A DNA stretch of 64,000 nucleotides, from the NCBI GenBank assembly GCA_965279035.1, contig OZ257142.1:3168001-3232000 (forward strand). The letters are read 5' to 3'. The first letter of the stretch is position 1. The number at the start of each line of letters is the position of its first letter. The notes below the pieces were generated by a model. That model was given only the letters and a program-made list of their open reading frames with translations. It made no database searches and was not told the DNA's origin. Source of the DNA: Bacteroidia bacterium. GTDB lineage: Bacteria; Bacteroidota; Bacteroidia; M30B66. The position numbers and the translations under genes are program-made. This document shows, in pieces, positions 20,451 through 30,284 of this stretch.

Positions 20451-21392
20451 TTATTCAGCTTTCATCAATTGAACTTCAAAAACTAATGGCGAAAATGGGG
20501 GAATGGGGCCTTGTCCATTTGATCCATATCCTAAAACTGACGGAATAACAAATGTTGCGGATGATCCAACATTCATCATGGCAACTCCTTCATCCCATCC
20601 AGCAATTACTTCTGATGCACCTAATTTAAAAGTAAATGGTTGTCCGTGATCAAAACTTGAATCGAATTTTTTTCCATTCAATAAATAACCAGTGTATTGC
20701 ATCGTTACTTTTTGACCTTTTTTCACTTTAGGACCATTTCCTTTGGCTGTTTCAAAAAAGTACATGCCACTAGCAGTTGGAGTTCCTTTTAAATTCTTTC
20801 TTTTTAAATAGTCTTCAATTGCAGCAGGCTCTTCAGCTTGCATTTTATCCATCATTCCTTTTTGCTCGGAATTCATTTGAGATCGTAAAGCTTCTAATTT
20901 TTTCAAAGTAGCTTCTTCCGATTGAATATCAACTAAGCCAATGTGAAAAACGAGTTCATCACCTGCTTTTAAACCAGGAGGAAGTTTATCTAGTTTATTA
21001 GAAACTAAAAAGAATGAATCGGCCGAAACGATAAAGGAAGCACTATCTCCAATATGCATCATGGTTAATCCTTCCATGATATCACCTTGAAACAATGGCT
21101 TAGAAAGTTGAATAAATTTAATTCCTTCAGGAAAATCTGGGAATTTAAAAGAATCAAATAAGAGCGAATCTTTATCCTCATCAGTTTTACCTTTAATACT
21201 CAAAGACATGTGAGTATATAAAATATCTTTCATTTGGGGTGATTTCCCTTTTTCATCTTGACGATGAAATTGATAAAACAAACCTCCGTCTGTTTCTTCG
21301 TATCCCTTATGTCGGGATGAATCACATGAACTAAGCAATAGTATTGCTAGTGTTGCTAATCCGGTCGAAATCCGGATGAATGGTGTAATCAT
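20451..21392 (-). CDS. FKBP-type PPIase lipoprotein (two FKBP-like domains)
   Basis: Lipobox 'LLSSC'; 'YTGYLLNGKKFDSS', 'VIAGWDEG'. Confidence 0.9.
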   Translation of the reverse strand: MITPFIRISTGLATLAILLLSSCDSSRHKGYEETDGGLFYQFHRQDEKGKSPQMKDILYTHMSLSIKGKTDEDKDSLLFDSFKFPDFPEGIKFIQLSKPLFQGDIMEGLTMMHIGDSASFIVSADSFFLVSNKLDKLPPGLKAGDELVFHIGLVDIQSEEATLKKLEALRSQMNSEQKGMMDKMQAEEPAAIEDYLKRKNLKGTPTASGMYFFETAKGNGPKVKKGQKVTMQYTGYLLNGKKFDSSFDHGQPFTFKLGASEVIAGWDEGVAMMNVGSSATFVIPSVLGYGSNGQGPIPPFSPLVFEVQLMKAE

Positions 21393-21920
21393 TTAGTAAA
21401 TTTGAATCAGTTCAATGTCATAAACAATGGGCGATCTGGCTGGAATCCGGCTCTTGTCCCCTATTAATCCATGAGCAAGGTGCGAAGGTAAAATAAATTT
21501 GGCTCTATCACCTTCCTGTAAGAGTTTGATGCCTTCATGCAATCCACTTTCAACTTGATCATGATCGATTAAAAACGACTCGGCTCCTGTTGAATCAGAA
21601 GAATAACAGAGAGTTCCATCGAGTAATGTTACTGTGAATTTTACTTTGGCATTCAATCCAGCTTTCGCTTTTTTTCCTTTTCCATGGGTATATATTTCAT
21701 AGCGAAGGCCAGTTCCAGTTCTAGTTACCTTCATGTTATGCTTCACTATATACGCATCAATTTCATCAGATTCTCTTCGATTCAATTCCTTATTCACCCG
21801 GATTAAGGACTCTTGTATCTCTTTTTCAGAGGGTTGATGAGGAGCAGGTTTAGGCGATTGTCCACACGAAATCAAAACAGGTAATAATACCAAAGAGAGA
21901 AAGCCCAAAATTGATTTCAT
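21393..21920 (-). CDS. FKBP-type PPIase lipoprotein, GldI-like
   Basis: Lipobox 'LISC'; single FKBP domain 'GLHEGIKLL..GD.AKFILPSHLAHG..GD...IP'; follows a DHH gene, as gldI does in Flavobacteria. Confidence 0.8.
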   Translation of the reverse strand: MKSILGFLSLVLLPVLISCGQSPKPAPHQPSEKEIQESLIRVNKELNRRESDEIDAYIVKHNMKVTRTGTGLRYEIYTHGKGKKAKAGLNAKVKFTVTLLDGTLCYSSDSTGAESFLIDHDQVESGLHEGIKLLQEGDRAKFILPSHLAHGLIGDKSRIPARSPIVYDIELIQIY

Positions 21921-22936
21921 GCATTTAATAGTTGTTTATATTCTGGAAGAATCTTTAAAAATTTAGTAACAGTTTCATCCATTGATTCTTCAGATGAGCC
22001 ACCAGCAGCATTAATATGACCGCCTCCATTAAAATATTTCTTGGATAATTGGTTGGCAGGAAAATCTCCAATAGATCGAAAGGAAATTCGCACACGCCCC
22101 TTTCTTTCGCTAAATAAAACACCCAGTTTTGTTCCTCGAATGCTCAAAGCAAAGTTTACAAGTCCTTCCAAATCCCCTTCTTGATAGGAATGTCGTGTTA
22201 ATTCATCTTCGGTTAAATAAATATAACAGGTATTAAGTCCATCGACATACTTCATTTTATTACTCATTGCATACCCCCATAATTGCAACTTTGACAATGA
22301 ATTTTGGTTGAAAATGGATTCATGAATCTTCCATTGTTCAAGTCCGGTTTCAAGCAATCGGGAAGTAAGAAGATGTGTACGTGGCTTTGTTGCAGAAAAT
22401 CGAAACGAACCTGTATCCGTCATGATTCCAGTATATAAGCAACCAGCAATTTCTTTATCTATAAACGAATCGCCTCCATCAGCTTGAATATACTCTAATA
22501 CAAGCTCACATGTGGATGAGGCTTGAGTATTTGAACACATGAATTCTACAAAATCATCAGGTTCTTGATGATGGTCTATCATCACCTTAACAGCTTTTGT
22601 ATTTCGAAGAGTTTCCTCCATATCACCTACTCGTGATGGATGATTAAAATCGAGGCAAAATATCAAACCCGAATCATTCAGAATTTTTGCTGTTTGTTCT
22701 GGATTTGCTTCAAATTCAATGGTCTCGGAAGCACGTGGTAGCCAATCCAAAAAATCAGGAAATGGATCAGGGATGATTACCTGAATATGACGTTGATATC
22801 GTTTTTCAAGGTATAATTTCAACCCAATGGAAGACCCAAGTGCATCACCGTCGGGGTTTCGATGAACTACGATAGAAATTTGAGAATCGTGAAGAAGGTG
22901 TTGCCGAATAGAATTCAGCTGATCAGGACTAAACAT
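21917..22936 (-). CDS. nrnA: DHH/DHHA1 phosphoesterase (NrnA-like)
   Basis: 'HRNPDGDALGS', 'IDHHQ', 'GIMTDTGSFRF', 'GGGHINAAG'. Confidence 0.9.
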   Translation of the reverse strand: MFSPDQLNSIRQHLLHDSQISIVVHRNPDGDALGSSIGLKLYLEKRYQRHIQVIIPDPFPDFLDWLPRASETIEFEANPEQTAKILNDSGLIFCLDFNHPSRVGDMEETLRNTKAVKVMIDHHQEPDDFVEFMCSNTQASSTCELVLEYIQADGGDSFIDKEIAGCLYTGIMTDTGSFRFSATKPRTHLLTSRLLETGLEQWKIHESIFNQNSLSKLQLWGYAMSNKMKYVDGLNTCYIYLTEDELTRHSYQEGDLEGLVNFALSIRGTKLGVLFSERKGRVRISFRSIGDFPANQLSKKYFNGGGHINAAGGSSEESMDETVTKFLKILPEYKQLLNA

Positions 22937-23036
22937 TTCAACAAACCTAGGGATTTTCCTTCGAATGTTGTGATGAGCATATAGATGCTTACTCAGATTT
23001 TAGTACTTTTACAAAAAGATTCACAAAACCATCTGT

Positions 23037-23558
23037 ATGATTCTTTCCTCGAAACTTTCTGGAATAACATTATTTTCTCTGTCGTTCCTCGTGTTTTCCG
23101 GATTTTTAAGCCTAGCTTCTTGTAAAAAAGATAAATCCAAGACAGATGAAGTACCAGCTAAAGTAATTGGTTCTGTCTTAATTAATGGCTCCTATACTAC
23201 CTTTTCAAGATACTCATATTATATAACTGGTGTTACTGAACTTCAGAATTACCTAGTACTTTTTAGAACAGATAATTCTGAAATTACCTTACGATTTCCT
23301 GGTACAGAAGAAAAAATTCACGAATTAGGAAATGGAGATAGTACGATCTCTATTCAATATAAAGATGCTGGATCTCGCTTATTTAATGCAGATTCTGGTA
23401 GAATTGAAATTTCAAGTTACAAAATTACTCAAGGTATTTTCCAAATTTCAGGAGGCTTTGAGTTTCATGCAAAACGCTTAGAACAATCTGGAGGAATCTC
23501 CAATTATGTTCATGTGAGAGGATATGAAGGTGGTTTTGTAGATATCTTATCCCAATAA
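23037..23558 (+). CDS. Hypothetical lipoprotein, beta-rich
   Basis: Lipobox 'LASC' followed by KKDKSKTDE, resembling a Bacteroidota lipoprotein export signal. Confidence 0.7.
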   Translation: MILSSKLSGITLFSLSFLVFSGFLSLASCKKDKSKTDEVPAKVIGSVLINGSYTTFSRYSYYITGVTELQNYLVLFRTDNSEITLRFPGTEEKIHELGNGDSTISIQYKDAGSRLFNADSGRIEISSYKITQGIFQISGGFEFHAKRLEQSGGISNYVHVRGYEGGFVDILSQ

Positions 23559-23567
23559 TTCAATTGA

Positions 23568-24914
23568 ATGACGCACATAGTTGTTTTCGGAGCAGGCCGC
23601 TCTGCTGGATTTTTCATTGAATATATCTTCAATCTATCTAAACAACATGGATGGAAACTCACAGTTACCGATCAACATATTGGACATTTAAATGTATTAT
23701 TTTCTCAATACGAAAATGCCCACGCTGTTGAATCAAATGTGAATGATCCACAAGCAAGAGAAGAATTAATTAGCAGTGCTCAATGGGTTGCTTCTTTGCT
23801 TCCTGCTTTTATGCATTCTATAATTGCTCGTGATTGTGTTCGACTCAATGTGAATCTGGTTACCGCTTCATACGAAAGTGATGAAATGCGTGAATTGAAA
23901 TCGTTAATAGAAGAAAAAGGTTTGCAATTTCTTAATGAGTGCGGTCTTGATCCAGGAATTGATCACATGTCGGCCATGAGAATCATTCATAAACTACAAG
24001 ATTCTGGAGCAAAAATCACTTCGTTTCGATCTTTTTGTGGTGGACTTGTCGCTCATGAATCTATCGATAATCCTTGGGGGTATAAATTCAGTTGGAATCC
24101 TAGAAATGTCATATTGGCCGGACAAGGAATTGCACGATTTCTTGAACATGGACGTTTAAAATTCAAACCCTATTCTCGATTATTCAACGAACCCGAATCC
24201 ATTGAATTTTCAAGTGGTGAAATCTATGATGGATATCCTAATAGAGATTCTATTTCCTATCAAGATGTATATGGATTAAAGGATATAAAAACGATGGTGC
24301 GTGGCACCTTGAGACATAAAGGTTATTGTAAAGCCTGGAACATCTTTGTTCAAATGGGACTTACAGACGATTCATATGTCCTTCCTATTTCCAATTCATT
24401 TACCTACTATGATTTATGTGATGCTTACTTACCCGGAAACGGATCGAATCTAAAATCTCGAATTCAATTATTAATGGGTGAAGAGTATGATCAAGAAGCT
24501 ATTGAGTGTGTAATGTGGACAGGAATTACTGAACAAATAGAGATTCCACTTTCCAGTACTCACAGTCCCGCTTCTATTTTACAAGATCTACTTGAGCGGA
24601 AATGGTTATTAAAAGAAAATGATCGTGATTTAGTGGTAATGCAACATCTTTTTGAATATGAAATCGAAGGTGAAAAATTTCTCATACGAAGTTCACTTCA
24701 AATTGAAGGAGAAAGCAATCAACGTACTGCAATGGCTAAAACAGTAGGTCTACCTTTAGCTATTGCATTAAAGAATTTAATACAAGGCAAGTGCACAAAA
24801 AAAGGCTTGTTAATTCCTATTTTACCAGAAATTTACGAGCCTATTTTAAATGAGCTTCGAACAGAATTTGGAATTCTTTTCGAAGAAGAAGAGCTTATAA
24901 TTCAGAAACGATAA
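23568..24914 (+). CDS. Saccharopine dehydrogenase family protein
   Basis: 'GAGRS', 'ECGLDPGIDHMSAM', 'SFCGGL', 'YKFSWNPRNV', 'RGTLR', 'TAMAKTVGLP'. Confidence 0.92.
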   Translation: MTHIVVFGAGRSAGFFIEYIFNLSKQHGWKLTVTDQHIGHLNVLFSQYENAHAVESNVNDPQAREELISSAQWVASLLPAFMHSIIARDCVRLNVNLVTASYESDEMRELKSLIEEKGLQFLNECGLDPGIDHMSAMRIIHKLQDSGAKITSFRSFCGGLVAHESIDNPWGYKFSWNPRNVILAGQGIARFLEHGRLKFKPYSRLFNEPESIEFSSGEIYDGYPNRDSISYQDVYGLKDIKTMVRGTLRHKGYCKAWNIFVQMGLTDDSYVLPISNSFTYYDLCDAYLPGNGSNLKSRIQLLMGEEYDQEAIECVMWTGITEQIEIPLSSTHSPASILQDLLERKWLLKENDRDLVVMQHLFEYEIEGEKFLIRSSLQIEGESNQRTAMAKTVGLPLAIALKNLIQGKCTKKGLLIPILPEIYEPILNELRTEFGILFEEEELIIQKR

Positions 24915-25678
24915 GCAAAAGAAAAATTATAGGAAGCTGCCGCACGTGTTAAATTTCCATTGCCAGGAGCTGCAGTAAAATATTTCTTCGATCCAAGTCC
25001 AAATGAAGAACAAATCGAAAAATCCTTTATTGGATTCCAAATAAAACCTCCCTGAATTAAGAAAGAAAAGTATCCAGTATTTTGAATGGAAGTACTATTG
25101 TAATAATTATTATTATAAGAATTATCACGAACACGTGCATATCCACTTCGAAAAGATGGGCCCAAGAATAGCCGTGCTTGCCCTTGTCCTGTTGGATAAA
25201 AGTTTAGATCAAAACCTGAATAAAATATATTATACCAATTCCTTAGTTCATTGAAATTATTGCTATTATCTCCATATAAACTCAAACTCACAGGAATTCT
25301 TATCCCTAATTTACCTTGATCTCCAACAATTCTCTCATAAGAAAATGTAACGTTTTGGAATAATATATCTGGAAGATTCAAACCCAAAATATTTCTACCT
25401 AGATTTCTCGGATCATACGAAGTACTATTTTGTCCTTTTTCTTTTGGTGCATTTATGATATCAACAGCTCCACTTTCATAGGTAATTTTTTCAATCTCAT
25501 TTAGGTCGATATGATAATTAGGACCATTTTGATTACTGAACTTCTTATATAGAACATCATGTTTCGTTACTTCTTGAATTTTTGCTTCTATTGTACCACC
25601 ATCAATTAAGGTAATTACATCCTGAGCAGAAGTGATAGATGCATAACTAAGAACTATAAGTAGGAGGAAATTCTTCAT
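24902..25678 (-). CDS. Hypothetical outer-membrane beta-barrel protein with small N-terminal domain
   Basis: Signal peptide, 'QDVITL.DG..IEAKI.EV', alternating beta strands, terminal 'AYRF'. Confidence 0.7.
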   Translation of the reverse strand: MKNFLLLIVLSYASITSAQDVITLIDGGTIEAKIQEVTKHDVLYKKFSNQNGPNYHIDLNEIEKITYESGAVDIINAPKEKGQNSTSYDPRNLGRNILGLNLPDILFQNVTFSYERIVGDQGKLGIRIPVSLSLYGDNSNNFNELRNWYNIFYSGFDLNFYPTGQGQARLFLGPSFRSGYARVRDNSYNNNYYNSTSIQNTGYFSFLIQGGFIWNPIKDFSICSSFGLGSKKYFTAAPGNGNLTRAAASYNFSFAYRF

Positions 25679-25725
25679 GTGAAATTGTTTGATATTTTAA
25701 CGAAGATGATAAGTATTTATTATAA

Positions 25726-25758
25726 AAACAAAACCCCGCAATAAGCGGGGTTTTGTTT
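25726..25758 (-). terminator. Intrinsic terminator after the M43 protease gene
   Basis: AAACAAAACCCCGC-AATAA-GCGGGGTTTTGTTT. Confidence 0.8.
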
Positions 25759-25772
25759 AATCACGTTTTTGA

Positions 25773-27911
25773 TTAATTCTTGATTATTTTTTTATGATAT
25801 ACCTGACCATCAATTTCTATTTGAATGGTATAGATTCCTGATGAAATCGTTGATAAATCAAGGTTGAAATTTTGAGCTCCCGGATTTACTTGTCCAGAAT
25901 ATGGAGCAAGAACTTGCTTACCTAGAATATCAATTAAGCGAATTTGAACTTTAGAAGAATTCACCGTATTAAATTCAATCTTAGTTAATCCAGTTGTTGG
26001 ATTTGGGTAAGCATTTAATCCAATTAAATCGGCAGCATCTTCAATTCCTAGTGCAACACCAATGTTGATATCGTCTAGATAAAGATTATTACTTCCATTT
26101 GTTCCGGCAACAAATTCAAAACGGAAACGAACATTCGTTTGAGTTGCAACACTTGTCAAACCTAAAGCAATTGTTTGCCATTGATTCGTATTCGTTGGAA
26201 CAAACTCAGATGTATAAAGTCCAGCTGTAATTAATTCAGCACCCGATAATGTTTTACGCAAAATCCATGTTTGTCCACAATTCACAGATGTATACACTTT
26301 TAATGCATCATCTGCAGTTCCATTTCTTTCAGCTCCTGAAATACGGAAAGTTAATGAAGGACTAGCTACCGTTGCTAAATTATATGAAGGTGAAATGAAG
26401 TCATCCGTTTCTGTTGGAGTGTTGTTATAATTTCTCATTTTCACACAACTTCCAAATGTTCCAAATCCTGTCCATGGGCTGAATTCCCATTTATTAGCTG
26501 AATTATCATTGTTAAACACAATCCAACGATCAAAATTTGAATTGTAATCTAGATTATCCCAAAAAGGACCAGTTGAAAAATCAGCAGTTTGACTACTTAT
26601 CGTTACGTAATCATTTTTCTGAACTGCATTTTCACCAATTGCATTCGAAGTAGTAAGCTTAACATTATAAATTCCTGCAGTAGAATAGCTTACAACTGGT
26701 GTCGAAACAGTAGATGTTGCGGGTGAACCACCTTCAAATTCCCAAGCACGTGTGTATGAATCTGAATTATAGGAAAAATCAGAGTAAGTCACTGTAGCAC
26801 CTTCACACACTAAACGGCGATTATCGCAAAAACTAGCAATTGGAGCACAACTTACTGGGTTAGCAACATCTTCATCTCGAGTTCCTGTAGCTGCAAGGTT
26901 TTCATCTGATTGCAGATAGTATCGAACTGTAGCAAGTGTTCCATCCATAACATTCTTTTGACCATGTGTAAACATACTCATGCATTGATCATCTGAATAG
27001 TCCATATAATTATTGAACATCTCGCCAGAAGTATCATTCGTATCACGATTACATGTAGTTAAATTATAAGGGTAATCAGACCAACAGATACCATAATTAG
27101 GGCCTAGCGCAATTGGTGTATCATCAACTCCATCGCTACCACAATCAGCATCACCCCAAATATGACGTAAACCTAACCAGTGACCAACTTCATGAGTAAC
27201 GGTTCTACCTAAACGAGGGCCAAATGAGCCTGTTGCCGCAGTACCAATACTTCCAATACAATCATTACGAATTACAATTCCATCAGTCGATAACAAGCCT
27301 CCCAATGGAAATTGAGCATATCCTAAAACTTCTCCACCAGTCCCTTGCACATCTCCTATCGATTTAACAACCCAAACGTTTAGGTATTTATATGAATTCC
27401 AATGAGAAACAGATTTCACTCCATTGTCATTGTTGGCTTCGTTTGTTTTAGGAGAATACACGCGAACAATTCCATCAGTACAATTTCCTAAATCATCTTT
27501 AGTAGCTAAACGAAATTCAATTTGACAATCTGCAGCTAATGGAACAAAAGCTTCAGGAGTTTGAGTGAAATTTGGATTTGTTAAACTGTAATCCTCATTC
27601 ATTATACGAATCTGATCTAATATTTGCGCACGAGAAATATTTTCTGGACCACATTCATGAATTACATGAAATACTACTGGAATAATTCGCTTATTCCCTG
27701 ATCTAGATTGACCGCTATTATGTAAAAGATATTGTTGAATACTTTTTTCGTATTGTTCTCGTTCTGCACGAAGTTCAGGATGCTTAGTAAGTTCCTGCTC
27801 CATTACTTCAACGGAAGAACATTTGTGGGGTACATGCTTAGATTGTCCCATTACATTTCCGAAAGAAAGTGTCAGGGCAAAAGACATGAACATCAAAGTA
27901 AATCTTTTCAT
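25773..27911 (-). CDS. M43 (pappalysin/ulilysin-like) zinc metalloprotease with PKD domain and T9SS type A C-terminal domain
   Basis: 'HEVGHWLGLRHIWGD', Met-turn 'NYMDYS', PKD 'W.FEGGSP...Y.TAG.YNVKLT', CTD 'YPNPT...SGIYTIQI...KKIIKN'. Confidence 0.92.
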   Translation of the reverse strand: MKRFTLMFMSFALTLSFGNVMGQSKHVPHKCSSVEVMEQELTKHPELRAEREQYEKSIQQYLLHNSGQSRSGNKRIIPVVFHVIHECGPENISRAQILDQIRIMNEDYSLTNPNFTQTPEAFVPLAADCQIEFRLATKDDLGNCTDGIVRVYSPKTNEANNDNGVKSVSHWNSYKYLNVWVVKSIGDVQGTGGEVLGYAQFPLGGLLSTDGIVIRNDCIGSIGTAATGSFGPRLGRTVTHEVGHWLGLRHIWGDADCGSDGVDDTPIALGPNYGICWSDYPYNLTTCNRDTNDTSGEMFNNYMDYSDDQCMSMFTHGQKNVMDGTLATVRYYLQSDENLAATGTRDEDVANPVSCAPIASFCDNRRLVCEGATVTYSDFSYNSDSYTRAWEFEGGSPATSTVSTPVVSYSTAGIYNVKLTTSNAIGENAVQKNDYVTISSQTADFSTGPFWDNLDYNSNFDRWIVFNNDNSANKWEFSPWTGFGTFGSCVKMRNYNNTPTETDDFISPSYNLATVASPSLTFRISGAERNGTADDALKVYTSVNCGQTWILRKTLSGAELITAGLYTSEFVPTNTNQWQTIALGLTSVATQTNVRFRFEFVAGTNGSNNLYLDDINIGVALGIEDAADLIGLNAYPNPTTGLTKIEFNTVNSSKVQIRLIDILGKQVLAPYSGQVNPGAQNFNLDLSTISSGIYTIQIEIDGQVYHKKIIKN

Positions 27912-28116
27912 GTGTTGTGGTTCTTGAATGTTATTTTAAAATAAAACCGCACAAGGTTAAGGAAATATTTGCCAACTTAATAGTATTAAAGGCTGATAAT
28001 TTCCAATTGTAACGATTGAATTCAAATTTACAAACTCATATTACAAATTATCAAATACATAAAATGCATACTATCGGTTAAACCGAACATGATTTAATGA
28101 TAAAATCAGCATAAAT

Positions 28117-30219
28117 TCAATATGAAATAAACCCATCATGCAATGGATCGCAACAAATCCAATGCTTCCTTTTTGCTACAAGTTCGATTGGAATTCTATC
28201 CATCATTCTCAACCAAGGACAAAATAATAGAATTACATCTGCTTGATTCACTTTTTCTAATATCGCTATCGTTTGTCTATTAATTGATTTTAATATTAGA
28301 ACATTATTCACTTTAAAAAAACCTGCTTTAGACCAAATCGCATTAACATTCAATGACTTACATTTCGAATTAATAGTCACTCCATTTTTAGAATCTAACA
28401 TTTCAACGATGGTGGGGAATACATTTATCCCATCAGCTTGATTGATCAATGTTGGAATTTGAAGTTGATAGTTTGAGGGAAATTGAATGAAGCGCCGACC
28501 TTGTAATAAAATAAAGTGCTGACCTTCATTTGTTTGGAAATGAATAGAATTACTTGTTGAATAGATATAATTGGGGGATTTCTCAGCAAAAATTGTTTCA
28601 TTAATAATACCAAGTATTAACCCGATACTTAGAGTTATGATGCTTGCTTTTAAATACTTAACTGAAATTCGTTTTATACATGCGAATGCAAAAAAGATAG
28701 TGGCTGAGTAAAAAATCAATTGAGATATTGATATTGAAGAAAGTGAAATTTTAGCAAATGGGAGTGTGCCAATGAAAATCGCCCACTTATTTAATAGACC
28801 TATTCCGAAAGAGAAGAGATACATGAATCCAATTCCAAGCAATGGAATCTTAGCTAAAAGAAGTGTTAGTATACCACAGTATGTTAATAAGGTAGAAAGC
28901 GGAACTGCAATGAGATTGGCTGGTAGAAACCAAGTAGGAAAAGTCCCAAAAACAAAAAAAGAAATGGGCGAAGTTGCAATCTGGGCAGCAGTTGAAATTG
29001 CTATAGGTGCTAAAATGTTTCTAAACAAACGATTAGGAATTTTTTGAATAAAATCTAAAATCGGTTTTATGGATAATATTGCCCAAACAGCTGCAAATGA
29101 TAATTGAAATCCAATATCCATCATTACTTGTGGTGTTAAAAGAAGGATAATAAATGCCGCTCCCGATAAAATATTAAAAGGTGAAACTCGCCTATTCAAA
29201 AGATTCGAAACCATAATCAATGTGAACATGCAAACTGCTCGATTTACAGAAGGAGATAAACCAGTCATTGCTGCATAAACCCATAAAATCATAAGAATCA
29301 AAAGGATATTCATTTTCCCTTTCTTCAAAAAAGGTATGAAGCCAAATAAAAAAGTTAGTGCTTGAAAAAGTAAGCCGACATGCAATCCTGATACTGCTAA
29401 AATATGAATGATGCCTCCTGCAGAATAGGTTTTTATAAGATCATTATTCATTTCTGATCGGTCACCTAATAGTAAAGCTGATGCTACTTGCTTTTCATCT
29501 GGATGAAATATAGAGTCGTCAAGTTGACTTAATAATTTGCTTCTCCAAGAATTTGTGATTCGCTTGAAGGAAAAATCATCCATCGATAATTTGAATAACT
29601 GATCTGCTTGAATTCTTAATTGTGAAAATATACCCCGTTTGGCAAGAAAGGATTTGTAATCAAATTCACCTGGAATATTCGGAGCTTGAATAGATTTAAG
29701 TTTTCCCCAAACAATGAATCGATCATTTATTTGAATTTGCTGTTTGTGATTATCGACAATTTGTGTTCGGACCTTCCAAGTATGAGAATGAATAGAATTC
29801 AATGAAGATACATCGATCAAATTGCAATCAAACGAAACGACTCCTTGCTTAAATCGAGGGTCGTCTATAACCTCTATAAAGTAAGGTTCTGACTTATTGA
29901 TTCTATTTAGATGTGAATCATTCTTATAATTTAATACACGTGTTTGATGAATTGAAATAATCCCGCCTATGAAGAAGATCAAATGAATAAGTGTACCCTG
30001 AAAATATGCTGGAAAGATTTTTCTAAAATTCTTAGAAAGTCCAATACCTATAAAAATCAAGAAAATCGCAAGAAATACTTCTAAAACATAGGGTAAATTT
30101 AAATTAGATAATATTTCAAAATTACAGAGTAAACAGCCTATTCCAAAACTAATGACCAATCGACTCATCGGTTGGTAGGCCCAAAAAGATTGCACATGAA
30201 AATCGATTGATTTTTTCAT
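28117..30219 (-). CDS. comEC: ComEC/Rec2 competence membrane protein
   Basis: 'PGEFDYK' OB-type region, 'HILAVSGLHVG', 'SPSVNRA', 'GFQLSFAAV'. Confidence 0.9.
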   Translation of the reverse strand: MKKSIDFHVQSFWAYQPMSRLVISFGIGCLLCNFEILSNLNLPYVLEVFLAIFLIFIGIGLSKNFRKIFPAYFQGTLIHLIFFIGGIISIHQTRVLNYKNDSHLNRINKSEPYFIEVIDDPRFKQGVVSFDCNLIDVSSLNSIHSHTWKVRTQIVDNHKQQIQINDRFIVWGKLKSIQAPNIPGEFDYKSFLAKRGIFSQLRIQADQLFKLSMDDFSFKRITNSWRSKLLSQLDDSIFHPDEKQVASALLLGDRSEMNNDLIKTYSAGGIIHILAVSGLHVGLLFQALTFLFGFIPFLKKGKMNILLILMILWVYAAMTGLSPSVNRAVCMFTLIMVSNLLNRRVSPFNILSGAAFIILLLTPQVMMDIGFQLSFAAVWAILSIKPILDFIQKIPNRLFRNILAPIAISTAAQIATSPISFFVFGTFPTWFLPANLIAVPLSTLLTYCGILTLLLAKIPLLGIGFMYLFSFGIGLLNKWAIFIGTLPFAKISLSSISISQLIFYSATIFFAFACIKRISVKYLKASIITLSIGLILGIINETIFAEKSPNYIYSTSNSIHFQTNEGQHFILLQGRRFIQFPSNYQLQIPTLINQADGINVFPTIVEMLDSKNGVTINSKCKSLNVNAIWSKAGFFKVNNVLILKSINRQTIAILEKVNQADVILLFCPWLRMMDRIPIELVAKRKHWICCDPLHDGFISY

Positions 30220-30231
30220 GGTGCAAAAAAC

Positions 30232-30259
30232 AAAAAGCCACGCAATTGCGTGGCTTTTT
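30232..30259. terminator. Perfect 28-bp palindrome, probable terminator of the porE gene
   Basis: AAAAAGCCACGCAATTGCGTGGCTTTTT. Confidence 0.8.
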
Positions 30260-30284
30260 AAACATTTATATACGTTTAAAATGC

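Noticed and set aside
24902-24914. Convergent 3' overlaps (also 11940-11943) as antisense regulation
   Set aside because: Short tail-to-tail overlaps are common in compact genomes and there is no further evidence
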